This document shows positions 9,830 through 20,906 of a DNA stretch of 27,788 nucleotides, one piece after another. Made by a program: the position numbers and the translations under genes. The notes below the pieces were generated by a model that saw only the letters and a list, made by a program, of their open reading frames with translations, was not told the DNA's origin and did no database searches. The DNA is from Proteromonas lacertae (taxonomy: Eukaryota), in contig NGBS01000595.1 of the NCBI GenBank assembly GCA_002245135.1, positions 124,001 through 151,788 on the forward strand, read 5' to 3'. Within the stretch, counting starts at the first letter, position 1. Each line of letters opens with the position of its first letter.

Positions 9830-10795
9830 TATTTATAAGCAGTCTATCATGACATGCCCGTTCTTTATGCTAACAGATCAAGGTCTTACAAGGCTCCTTT
9901 GCTGGTTGATGATTATCGCATGGAGTTATAAAGGTATGGTTAAAGACTTCATCACAGTTGAATAGATCGTAGTTGTCGTTTCGTGTTGGATTTTAAGGTT
10001 CATCATTGTACTCGTTTCGTCAAGAGCTAGATCGGAAGCAGACTCCTTCTACACCTACATCGATGGCAACAATTGAAGTAACGTCCATCAACTGCAGGAT
10101 AGCTTATCGCTCACGGGCTGAGTATCTCCATTGGCCAGATGATGGGGAATTGACTTTAAGAAATTGCTCATTAGCTTACCTACAGTAACATCTATAACGA
10201 GTGCTCAGGTGAGTTCCTACTCATCCTAGGCTTCCAATCACGGTATCCACGTTTCTACGATTGCTTAGATGATGACGTCCTAGATAATGAACTACACTGA
10301 CCTTTAAGGAGCTTCATAGTAGATGACTTACAAGGCCAATGGAACATACCTACAAAACCCTCCCGAGATTGTTTATCATGATCTTCAAGCCCATCCAGAA
10401 GCGTATGCTTCGTAATGAAAACTGATAAAGCTTAATAGAACTACCATCAAGTCACCTTCCCAGATACGTCCAACCATGTATGCAGGAATCTCCCACAATG
10501 GGAGATTCCTTCCTTGTCAACACAGCTGTTCCTCTCGTAAAGGTCATGGATGAACTTTTCTAGGAGAGTTATAAGGATGATAAAACTTACCTTCAAAAGC
10601 CTTCAGAGATTGCTAATCATTATCTTCAAAGGCCCTTGAGAAATCCACAACTAGCTAGAACCTCCCGGAGTTACCATTTGGTAACTTGTTAACAATTGTA
10701 AACTCCCGGTTCCACGATTGGTTTCCACGGTTCTATAAAAAGCCCTTCGCAGCAAGGAGACTCTAGATCGTGATTAGATTCATCATCCATGTAAA
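9830..10795 (+). other. GC-richer degraded coding-like insert of unknown origin with an internal repeat
   Basis: Visibly higher GC than the flanks. Diverged repeat TYLQNPPEIVYHDLQ (~10343) / TYLQKPSEIANHYLQ (~10584). Many stops. Confidence 0.5.
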
Positions 10796-10799
10796 TCTA

Positions 10800-10980
10800 T
10801 GAATGAACATATACCAATATTTGCTTCAGCAGCCATATAATTTTCTTATTCTTTTACAATCATCCCAATCTCCAGTTAATTTTATTGCATTTGATATTAT
10901 ATCTCTTTCTTTCCTACAATACATAGAAAAATTAGAATAATTATTAAATAATAATAAAAAGAATTACATAACAATACATA
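10800..10980 (-). pseudogene. FkbM-family methyltransferase N-terminal remnant
   Basis: FSMYCRKERDIISNAIKLTGDWDDCK, then EANIGICS (GANIG-like) after a frameshift. Cut off at the GC-richer insert. Confidence 0.5.
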
Positions 10981-10993
10981 ACAGTTGATTCTT

Positions 10994-11890
10994 TTATTTA
11001 TCCAAATACTTGTTAATATACATTTCATTGTATGTACTAACAAATTTATTTTCCATTTCTCTACTATCCTTTATACCTACAACATGAGCTAATTTTTGTG
11101 AATCAATTTCCATAAAACACCCACTAGTAATTCTAATAATTTTGTATTTACCAACTAAATAACAATGATAACCCAATTCTTCCAAATATACAATAAGTGA
11201 AGAACATCTTCTGTTACAAATTAATGTCTTAATTTTATGATATTCAAAATATAGATATTTTACTTTTCCGCTAGATAATAATTTCTTTCCTGTAAACAAC
11301 ACCTCATCTTCATAACCTTCAACATCAATTTTAAGAAAGAATACATTACCTTTTTTAACATAAATGTCATAGAATCTATCTAAATTCATAAAGGTTACAT
11401 TTGCAGTAATTAATACTCTTGATACACCCATCATATTACCTGCATTATTATATTTCCATGTAACTACACTTCTATTAAATCCAATTGCTGTATGAATTGT
11501 TAGAATTTGTTTTGAATGTTCATATTTCTTCTTAGTTGTTTCGCAATTTAAATCTAACGGTTCTGCTAAAAATATTCTGTTTTGTTGATAATATTTATGA
11601 AACATATCAGTAATTTCACCAATATTAGAACCAATATCCAAAATACAATCATCAGTTGATATTGAAGGATATATTCTTTTAAAATTAGGGAATAATCTAT
11701 CTCTCAAATCATTATCACTAAATACTTTTATATCACATGTATCGTAATATTTTTTATACTGTAAATAGAATAAGTCACATATCATTCTATCAAAATTTAA
11801 TATTTTATTTCTTTTATTTACATTACTTTGATATAATGCTAAGAATATAACGATTGACGTTGTAATTATTATTGTTAATAAAATAGACAT
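10994..11890 (-). CDS. FkbM-family SAM-dependent methyltransferase with N-terminal membrane anchor
   Basis: ILDIGSNIG, AEP, FFLKIDVEGYEDEVL, YLYFEY. Intact; first ATG at 11890. Confidence 0.88.
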   Translation of the reverse strand: MSILLTIIITTSIVIFLALYQSNVNKRNKILNFDRMICDLFYLQYKKYYDTCDIKVFSDNDLRDRLFPNFKRIYPSISTDDCILDIGSNIGEITDMFHKYYQQNRIFLAEPLDLNCETTKKKYEHSKQILTIHTAIGFNRSVVTWKYNNAGNMMGVSRVLITANVTFMNLDRFYDIYVKKGNVFFLKIDVEGYEDEVLFTGKKLLSSGKVKYLYFEYHKIKTLICNRRCSSLIVYLEELGYHCYLVGKYKIIRITSGCFMEIDSQKLAHVVGIKDSREMENKFVSTYNEMYINKYLDK

Positions 11891-12883
11891 ATTATATATT
11901 ATCAAAGAAAAATAATTAAATAATATTTATATTTATAGTCTTACAACGAAGGTAGATTCTTTGATTATCACCTCCTAAGAATATCAAAAACTTCACCTCC
12001 TAAGAATAAACCATCGCCTCCTAATCCAAGATTATCATCCTCTACTAAAAATATGAAAAGAAGAACAAGTGAATTAGAAAATTATAAAAGTCCTAATTTA
12101 ATGCCTGTTGATGAACCTGATTATGAAAAGAATAATACTGTGAGAAATAGAAGAAATTGAGAGAGAAATAAATAAAAGAATATTATATATTTATCAATTT
12201 GCACATATGTACTCTCTCAACTGGATTCGGAAGGACAGGACAAAAAATGGACAGGACAAGGGCAAGACAGAGACAAAACAATTTATCGGATATTTTATTG
12301 TCCAGAATATTGTTAAATCTGATTAATATGTAAATCTTTATGCTGTTTACTGTTCTATCAGAAATCTTAATTGTATTATTTGCTTTAAGCCATTGCGCTA
12401 ATATAATCAAACTATAGTTTATTTACTTTTTCTCTTTTTATATAATTTATTTTATTTCGTCTTTTTCTGTAGATAATGATACTAGATCTTTTTTTAATTT
12501 TATGCACCACCTCTTCACAGATATATATAATTGATTTGTATTTTTCAATTTTCAATATCTTTTGTGCTATGTTGCGCCGTTTGTCAGAGTTGGCCGTTTG
12601 TCTACCAGACACTTTCAAAACAAACTAAATACACATTCTTACTTGTCTTGATGAAAAATTGTTACTTTTATACTTGCTTTGTCATATGACCTACATCTAT
12701 GAGTAACTATTAATTGTCATAATATTGAATAAATACTATCAAAATATATTCTAGAAATTATGTATATTCCAAATTTTATGTTTTTATTGACATATAATGT
12801 CTAAATGAGAAGTGTCAGTTACACAGGAATTAAGAATTATACCCCTTCTGACGTCATTTTTAATTTAAAATTTCATTTTCTTT

Positions 12884-12925
12884 TATATATATATATATAT
12901 ATATATATTTATTATTATTATTATT
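12884..12925. repeat. (TA)n followed by (TTA)n microsatellite inside the element
   Basis: Seen directly. A shorter version is present in copy 1 at ~5795-5817. Confidence 0.85.
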
Positions 12926-12950
12926 TAAAAATCAATTTAAACCTCTCAAA

Positions 12951-13685
12951 CATTTTATGATGTATTTGATATTGGTGATATATTTATTAATTCAACACAT
13001 CGATATGAAGTATCACTTACCAATGAAGAATCAATTAAACCAAATGTAATATTTACTCTACCAAGGTGAAGTAGATATAGAAGAAAGTGTAACAATCGAA
13101 GTATCTTATACAAGTTCAACTCTTGGTGAATTTAGTGATCATTTTGAATTTGCATTAAAAGGAGCAACTAATAATGTAGTATTAGCAATAAAAGGATATG
13201 TAGTTGGTCCAACATTCTTCTTTAATAAGAATAAACTAGATTTTGGTATTGTAAGTTATGCGTTTTTAAACTCAACTGATTTGATATTAAGAAATACTTC
13301 CTCTGTTCCATTTATATTCAATTTACGAGTTCCTCAAGATGGTAATTACTTAAACAAAGAATTCGAAATAATTCGAGCAGTAGCAACAGTATTACCAGAA
13401 GGAGAAGAGAAAATCAAAATCAATTTCATATCTCAAACAATAAAAGTATATGATTATTGTTTAGCAATTGATATTGAAAGTGTAGGTGAAGCTTTATTAA
13501 CAATTCCAATAAGTGTTGAATGTCGAGTAGCTGAAGTAGAATTATTAGAAGAATCATTGAAATATGGAGATTGTTATTTAAGATATACTTATTATCGAAC
13601 TTTAACATTAAAGAATAAATCCAATTTAAGTGCTCAATTTGAAAACAGAACAAGATGAAAGAAGTAAATCGATTGGTGAGTCATT
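12951..13685 (+). pseudogene. HYDIN: Captured Hydin gene fragment
   Basis: DVFDIGDIFINSTHRYEV ... VVGPTFFF...LDFGIVSYAFLNS..LRNTSSVPFIFNLRVPQDG...KEFEI...YGDCYLRY...LKNKSNLSAQFE. Has a 2-nt deletion near 13063 relative to copy 1. Confidence 0.9.
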
Positions 13686-13994
13686 TAAATATTGACAATC
13701 AACTAAAAGGCGATGAATTCCTGTTTTTATTACATTATATTTCCAACAACAATAAGAATGTTATTGATCCTGGTGTTGTATTTATAAATGAAAAGCAAAA
13801 GGATAATTTAAAAAAAGATAAGTGAAAAAGGAATTTATTATTTCCCTGTATGTGATCCAAATCAAAGACATTGGAGTTTGTGGGAAAAGATTTGACTTGA
13901 ATGTTGTTTCAGCTTATTTTCTGATTTCAATTTTGTTATATTTGTTAATAATATATTATGATTATCTCATATATGAAATATTAGAAATCAAAAG

Positions 13995-14052
13995 TGTCTC
14001 CTAGACAAACGGCGTGAGAAGATTTAGAAATACGCCGTTTGTCTAAGAGACA
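13995..14052. repeat. Internal 21-bp inverted repeat of copy 2 (one mismatch)
   Basis: TGTCTCCTAGACAAACGGCGT...ACGCCGTTTGTCTAAGAGACA. Confidence 0.93.
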
Positions 14053-15270
14053 TTTTTCACTTCTCAATTTTCTTCTGTGACTTATGTGTATCATTTCATA
14101 ATCATTAATACTATTATATAAAACAAAAATCAACACATAAATTATAATTTTGTAAATTATACAAAAGAAGCTAAGTATTAAAAATATATTGTAATTGGCT
14201 ATACACTGAAATGAATGATTTTTATAGAAGGCATTGAAATATGAAATACATTAATTTGTTGTAGCTTTGAGATTCAAGTCGATTAAAGATTGTATTTCTG
14301 TTTATGTTGTAGATATTAACTTTGTAACTAAAATTATAGATTTAGGTGAAAAACATGTGCATATAAAACAAGTGTTTATATCAAAATATTGATTTTAGTA
14401 CAAATAAGGGGGTAAGAAAATTCAAGATTTTAGTTACATTTTTTTATTTATATCAACAACAGAAGTGAGTTATAAGCTAATATTTTATATTATTCATGTA
14501 CTTAATATGTATTAATAGATTATGTAAAAATATTTGTTACATAGACTAATTAAGTTATATCTTGACGTGTCTATCATATACAAAATGTTAATATAAAAGT
14601 AACAATTTTTCATTAAAAGAAGTGTAATTGTGTATTTAGTTTGTTTTGAAAGTTTCTGGTAGACAAACGGCCAACTCTGACAAACGGCGCACAACATGTT
14701 CTACTGATGGAATTATGATGTAATTGGTAGAATTATTAGGGCTTGTTTTAAAATTATTCATCTTTCGAATTTACAAATTTAAGGATACATAAAGGGCTAA
14801 ATGAATATTTTTAAACTAAGAAATTTACATTAATATAACTGCATGTTTGTACATTCATTAATTTAAAAAATCTAATGTATAGTAGGTTAATGATGGATTA
14901 GGTAGGTAAAGCCACAACACAGAAACAGCAAAATACAAGAAAGTGGTATGTTTTACCTAACTAAAAGATTTAATATGTTTTTCATTAGTTTAACTTTCTA
15001 TATAATAATGTTTATTTTCAGTTTTACATTCATCTTTTTCTTCTTGCTCATACTCACAATTTAATTCATTTTTTCTTTTATCACTTAGTGTTTTGAAATT
15101 TATTTGTTAAATGTTGCAGAATATGTGGAGATGTAAATTAAATTTCATTATTTTCTTACAAATATACTTGGAGGAAAATTGTTATATACCTCCTGTTTCT
15201 TAAAATAAAATAATTCAATACTCAAGAATGTTTTTATATTTTAATTTCAACACATAATTATAACTAATAG

Positions 15271-15820
15271 ATTTGATCCAAAACCATTAATGGATTATTG
15301 TAAAAGTATTGGTATAGAATATCATTATGAAAGTCAAGCAATAATTGATCGAGCTAAAGTTCATATGACGTCAGGTCATATTTCGATATGTTCTTGGTGT
15401 AGTAGAATGAAAAGAGGAATACTGTATAATACATGTCGAAAATACAAATACAATGTATTGGTATTAGCTCAACATATGGATGATTTATGTGAGAGTTTTA
15501 TGATGAGTATATTTCACAATGGAATACTTCGAACAATGAAAGGTAATTACACAATAGCGAATGGTGATATTCGTGTAATTAGACCATTGATTTATGTAAG
15601 AGAGTCTTTGACAAGAGAATATGCAAAAAATTCAAATCTTCCAATAATCAGTGAGAATTGTCCAGCATGTTTTGAAGGTCCAAAAGAGAGATATCGAGTT
15701 AAGACATTGTTGGCAAATCAAGAACAATTATTTCCTGGTGTAGAATCAAATATTCTTAAAGCAATAACACCATTAATTAAAAGAAAAACAGCTTCCCAAG
15801 ATGATGATGAAGAATTATAA
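15271..15820 (+). CDS. ttcA: TtcA-like tRNA 2-thiocytidine biosynthesis protein, terminal exon (C-terminal half)
   Basis: CSWCSRMKRGILY, LAQHMDD, VIRPLIYVRE, ENCPAC. In-frame FDPKPL begins right after a putative 3' splice site AACTAATAG (ends 15270). The PP-loop exon was not found upstream. Confidence 0.85.
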
Positions 15821-16495
15821 ATTATTATTATTGTTTAATCGTTTTCTAAAAATATTTAATATAAGAAATGATAATCATTCAACATTAAAATATTCTTTTG
15901 ATAAATCTTTCTTTTTTCTTTTGCAATTCAGATCTAAATTATACAATATTGTTCTTTCATATACTCTTTCCCTAGCTTAACATTAACAATCGGTCCAACA
16001 AGTCTTGAACTGCAAAAGAACAAGTATTTATGTCAGTCATGCCTGCACAAGAACAACCATGCAATGCAAATACACTATCGCAAAGGATAAAACACAATAA
16101 GAAAATAATATAGAAAGAATAATATAATTATAATCGTTCAATTTATATAAATGAGGAATTCAATTGTTGTTAAACCCAGTTTAAATAATAAAATGATACA
16201 AAAATAAAAATTTGATGATATAGTTCTCATTGAAATTTTGAAGCAAACTTCAACTTATGTAGTTAATGTGGCAAATTGAAGTTATATTTCTATACACTCA
16301 GCCTTCCTAATAAGTATTAACATTTTCTCTTTTAAGGATACTTATTATTTTACCTCACATTCAAAGCAATTAATATATATTTGGAATTTAAAAGATAATA
16401 TTGTGTATAAAGATATAATTTTGTCATAATCAAATTTAAATGTGTAAAATAAATAAGTACATAAATGTAAATTATAATTAATGATATAATATATA

Positions 16496-17512
16496 ATGAC
16501 TAATTATTTTATATTAGATATGTTAGTATCAATTATATTATTATGCATATACTATAAAATAAAACTTAGAAAACAGTTACAAAGTATAAAAATAGAAAAG
16601 TTATATCCATATTTTCATTACAAACCTTCAGTAAAGAAGAGAATTGATTGTCCATTAATATATGGATTTGCTAGCGGATATAAATGGGAAAATATAAGCC
16701 TTTTTATAATATTATTAAGAAGAAGTGGCTATGATGGTGATTTATTAATAGCTCTATCTGTTCAAAAATATTATGAAATGTATAATCAAATAAAAGAATA
16801 TAGAATTATTCCAATCCTAATTGAAAATGAGTGGCCATTTTATTCTGCAAATAATACTTTATTTCCTATAAATAGAGTAGAGTTAAAGAAGTGTATGATA
16901 AAAAATAGATTTTATAGTAAACGCAAGTGGGTAATTTATAGATTTTCCATATTGTTATGTTGGATGATTAAATATGGCAGAAAGTATAGTCATATAATCA
17001 CCTTAGATGTAAGAGATGTAGTATTTCAGGGTAATCCATTTGCATGGAATTTTGAAGAAGGATTATATCTAGTAGATGAAACAAAGGACAACATTACAAT
17101 TAAAGACAGTAAGTGGAATTTATATTCTGTTCAGTCTTATAGGAATTATTTAAAAATTGTAAATAATAAGATTTTAAATTCTGGGTCTATTTTAGGTACA
17201 TAAAATAATTTCTTTCCTTTTCTAAAGCAATTTTGTTTATTTATGGATAATAATTATGCGATAGTTTCTGAGCAAGGGAGTTTGAATTATGCTTATTACA
17301 CAGGTTATTTTAATAATATTAAATTCTATATGAATAGAAACCAAAAAGGTGTTGTTTTAACTACTGCTCTTGATCTATCTCAAGTAATTAGTTTATATCG
17401 AATGAACAATACGATATATAATGAAGATTTAACTATTCCTTTAATTGTTCATCAATATGACAGATCTAAACAATTAATAAGTATGTACAAAAGTCATTAT
17501 ATTAATAAATAA
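16496..17512 (+). pseudogene. GT-A fold glycosyltransferase-like type II membrane protein (in-frame TAA 17201-17203)
   Basis: TM anchor, TLDVRDVVFQGNPF (DxxD), LNSGSILG, EQGSLNY, IVHQYDR. The two tracked ORFs are in the same frame. Confidence 0.75.
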
Positions 17513-17541
17513 TTGATATGTATTTAACAAATCATATTTAT

Positions 17542-18543
17542 TCATTGCCAATACTCGTTTGATAAATAATATAACTGTAATGGATTCAAATTATGAAGTG
17601 CATATAAATTATATGGATTATACATAACTTTTGTTGGATTATGCGAAAAATTGATATTAATTAAAGTTATGTTAGAATGAAATAATAATGATCCTAAATA
17701 TACATCATCTAACCAAAACTGAGGATGAATTTTTCCTATTAGATTTGACAAAATTCTCAAAGATGTGAAAGTAAAAAATATTAGAGGACCATTTAGATAA
17801 GGAGGAAGCACTTCTTTTTTAGGATATATATAATTAGGTATATAATGAATAGCATATTTTGATCTTGGTATAGTTCTGTTATACTTTATCTGACCTATGC
17901 AGCATTTCTCACATTTTGTACATTTTATTAAATCAAATGATTTATTAATATTAACAAAAACATCTGCTTGATGGTGTATTACCCACTTAAAGCTTAAACA
18001 ATTATTCATTATCCATTTCATTTCAGATACTAAAGTTAATGATAATGTGTAATAGCTAGATATGAAAGGAAATAATATAATATCTCTAAATATCTCATTT
18101 TCTTTTTTTAACATAAAATTTATTCTTTCATTAGTTGATTTTCCAGTAAAGAAAAAATATCTCATTTTCTTGAATTTGGAATAATATTTTCTATAGACAT
18201 ATCTTTCAGCGAAATAATCTGTTCCTGTTTCTATGGCTATTATAACATTAGTATTTTCTTTATTGCATTGAACTATATTATTTGATATAGAATCAACAGG
18301 CTTAAGAAATACCATATCTTTTTTTGTATTTAAAATCTTTTTCTTTTTAATAATTTTATCTTTACTAATCTTACAATCTTTTACGCTCATTAAATCAATA
18401 CATTTTTTGAAATAATTATAGTTTCTTTTTAGTTCTCTTATAATGCTATATAATTCAAGTTTATAACAAAATGATGTATTGTTGAAGTAGATAATAATAA
18501 GATCAATAATAATAATAATTATTATATATATAATCTTTAACAT
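17542..18543 (-). CDS. GT31 beta-1,3-galactosyltransferase-like protein
   Basis: TM anchor, ERYVYR, FFTG, LKKENEIFRDII, SYYTL, PPYLNG, WLDDVYLG. The DDD motif is replaced by HHQADVFVN. Confidence 0.85.
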   Translation of the reverse strand: MLKIIYIIIIIIIDLIIIYFNNTSFCYKLELYSIIRELKRNYNYFKKCIDLMSVKDCKISKDKIIKKKKILNTKKDMVFLKPVDSISNNIVQCNKENTNVIIAIETGTDYFAERYVYRKYYSKFKKMRYFFFTGKSTNERINFMLKKENEIFRDIILFPFISSYYTLSLTLVSEMKWIMNNCLSFKWVIHHQADVFVNINKSFDLIKCTKCEKCCIGQIKYNRTIPRSKYAIHYIPNYIYPKKEVLPPYLNGPLIFFTFTSLRILSNLIGKIHPQFWLDDVYLGSLLFHSNITLININFSHNPTKVMYNPYNLYALHNLNPLQLYYLSNEYWQ

Positions 18544-18565
18544 TGTTATTATCTGAATTATTAAT

Positions 18566-19734
18566 ATATCAAAAAATCAAATCGTATTCTTATTTAATAT
18601 TTTCTCGTTATTTTTAGTACCATATTGTTATTACATATTGAATGTTGATTTACTAAATAAAAAAATTATCAATCTAAAATTCTTACGAATTAATGATAAT
18701 CTATTTGTAACATCATCATATTACGATTATAGAATAGAATCAATAAGAGTATTATTCGGAAGCTCCATCAATTATAATAACGGTAGTCTAAAAATAGTTG
18801 TTGATAATATGATTATTGAAACTTATAATAGAATAATATATGACGAATGTAGTAAATTTGACAGTGATTTTGATTTAAAATATGGCAATATTATAATTCC
18901 TTATAAAAATATGCCTCATTATGTAAAAATAAATAACATTAACATTCCATTTACTAAAAACAAACACAATTATAAATTCTTTCTTTCAGTTTGCATAACA
19001 GCAATGTATAATTATAGTGCAAAGCTTATGTTAAAACAATTGCTTGATATATATATAGCATTAGGTGTAGATCACTTTACAATTTATTATACTAGCTCAA
19101 GTCAGGATGTGTTAAATATTTTAAAAATGTATATATCAAAAGGATTATTAACATTAATAAGATGGAAAAGGGATAATGATACTATAAGAATGAGAAACTA
19201 TAGTCAGTATATAAAAACTAATGATTGTTTGTACAGATATATGAACATTTCTAAATACATTATAAACAGTGATTTAGATGAAATAATTATTCCTATAAAA
19301 CATAAAAATATAAAAATATTTATTAACGATATTAGAAGAAAATATCCCAATGTTACATTATTCTCATTTTCAAGCAAGATGTTTATAAAAAATGAAACAA
19401 TAGATATGGAAAAGAAAATTAAAAAACAAAACTATTTGAAACAACATATAACTACTGATGTTAATATATTTAGAATAAAATTTTTTTGTTATTCGTTTAA
19501 ATTTTATAAAAATATATTGTTCATGTAAATGACATGATAGCTTTGCAAATTCACTATGCATGGAAAGGAAATATAATTATCTATAATGTACCTTATTCAT
19601 ATGGTTATTCTAGACACACTCGAAGATTTGCATTCTTTTTGAAAAGAAATTATTGTCAAAGAGAAGAATATGACAATAATTTATCAGTTGTAGTACCATT
19701 ATTATATAAAAAATACACTGCATTTCAATATTAA
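18566..19734 (+). pseudogene. GT92 / DUF23 glycosyltransferase; start codon not ATG and frameshift at ~19510
   Basis: LSVCI, LGVDHFTIY, QYIKTNDCLYRY, SDLDEIIIP, then KYIVHVNDMIALQIH in the shifted frame. An in-frame hydrophobic anchor lies upstream of 18638. Confidence 0.8.
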
Positions 19735-19828
19735 TATAACAAATTTTGTATTTTTTCCACAAAAAGTATTAGAATAAAAAATATAAAATTTTAAAAGAAA
19801 TAATTTTTGAATTTGCTAAATTTATTAA

Positions 19829-20869
19829 ATGGCTATATTAATAACTGGAGCTGCAGGTTTTATTGGTTTTCATTTAATTAATTCTTTATTAAATGATGGA
19901 TACAAGGTTGTTGGTATTGATTCTATTTGCGACTACTATGATATTAATCTCAAGTATAAAAGGTTGGAGTTGTTAGGGATTAGTAAGACTGATATTGATG
20001 ATAAAAAGATTGTTGATAATGGCAAAGGATTTACTTTTGAGAAATTAAATATTCAACATAGAAACGATGTAGAAAAATTGTTTACAAAATTTCATATAGA
20101 ATATGTTATTAATTTAGCTGGTCAACCAGGTGTTAGATATTCATTAGAAAATCCATATATATATATTCAAGATAATATATTGGGATTTATGAATCTATTA
20201 AATATTTGTGTAAAGTATAATGTTAAGCATTTTGTTTATGCTAGTTCAAGTAGTGTTTATGGATTAAATCAAACGATTCCATATAAAGAATCTTGTTGTG
20301 CAGATCATCCTGTAAGTTTATATGCAGCAACAAAGAGATGCGATGAAATTCTTGCACATTCCTACAGTGAATTATATAAATTACCTACAACTGGATTAAG
20401 GTTTTTTACAGTTTATGGTCCTTGGGGAAGACCAGATATGGCTGCATATAAATTTGTAGATTCAATACTTCATGATAAGCCTGTAAACATTTTCAATAAT
20501 GGTAATATGACAAGAGATTTTACATATGTTGATGATATAGTTAGCGGCATTAAGCTGGTATTATTAAATCCTCCTCAAGAAAATGTTGGTATTAATTTTG
20601 ATGAAAATCCGTCAATATCATCAGCTCCATTTGAAGTATATAATATTGGAAGCTCAAATCCTATTAGTTTAATGGAATATATACATTATTTTGAAAAAGT
20701 GCTAAATAAAGAAGCTATAAAAATATATATGCCAATGCAAAAAGGAGATGTAGAAAATACTTATGCTGATATATTGAAAATAACAAAGAGATTTAATTTC
20801 AAACCAAAAGTATCAATTGAAGAGGGTATTAAACAATATGTGAATTGGCATCGTAATTTTTATAGTTGA
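19829..20869 (+). CDS. UDP-glucuronate 4-epimerase (extended SDR, bacterial CapI/LpsL-like)
   Basis: ILITGAAGFIG, NLAGQPGVRYSLENP, YASSSSVYG, YAATK, GLRFFTVYGPWGRPDMA, RDFTYVDD, MQKGDV. Intact 346 aa, intronless. Confidence 0.95.
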   Translation: MAILITGAAGFIGFHLINSLLNDGYKVVGIDSICDYYDINLKYKRLELLGISKTDIDDKKIVDNGKGFTFEKLNIQHRNDVEKLFTKFHIEYVINLAGQPGVRYSLENPYIYIQDNILGFMNLLNICVKYNVKHFVYASSSSVYGLNQTIPYKESCCADHPVSLYAATKRCDEILAHSYSELYKLPTTGLRFFTVYGPWGRPDMAAYKFVDSILHDKPVNIFNNGNMTRDFTYVDDIVSGIKLVLLNPPQENVGINFDENPSISSAPFEVYNIGSSNPISLMEYIHYFEKVLNKEAIKIYMPMQKGDVENTYADILKITKRFNFKPKVSIEEGIKQYVNWHRNFYS

Positions 20870-20906
20870 TGATATAAAAGTAAATTTAAGGTAGTAAAAA
20901 GCTACC

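Larger units (their letters stand above)
12568..14696 (+). mobile_element. Non-autonomous TIR DNA transposon copy 2 carrying a Hydin fragment
   Basis: Inverted homolog of 4056-6274. The right end CACAACA is intact and the left end is slightly degenerate. Imperfect TSD TGTGC (12563-12567) / TGTTC (14697-14701). Confidence 0.88.

Noticed and set aside
4056..14696. One 10.6-kb composite element or Polinton bounded by long inverted repeats
   Set aside because: The outer flanks (AGCCT vs TGTTC) do not form a TSD, whereas each 2.2-kb unit has its own TIR pair and TSD. These are two independent insertions.
13426..14697. Tracked ORFs 13426..13653, 13822..14004 and 14512..14697 as transposase remnants
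   Set aside because: They are antisense to Hydin or lie in TIR/non-coding element sequence, with no DDE or zinc-finger motifs.
15850..16140. Possible small Cys-containing minus-strand gene
   Set aside because: Only short broken frames with no recognisable family.
10994..20869. Host-wide alternative genetic code (TAA/TAG as Gln or Glu)
   Set aside because: Intact genes (epimerase, FkbM, GT31, TtcA exon) contain many CAA/GAA codons and no internal TAR despite extreme AT bias. Several end in TAA, and frameshifts accompany the stops elsewhere.
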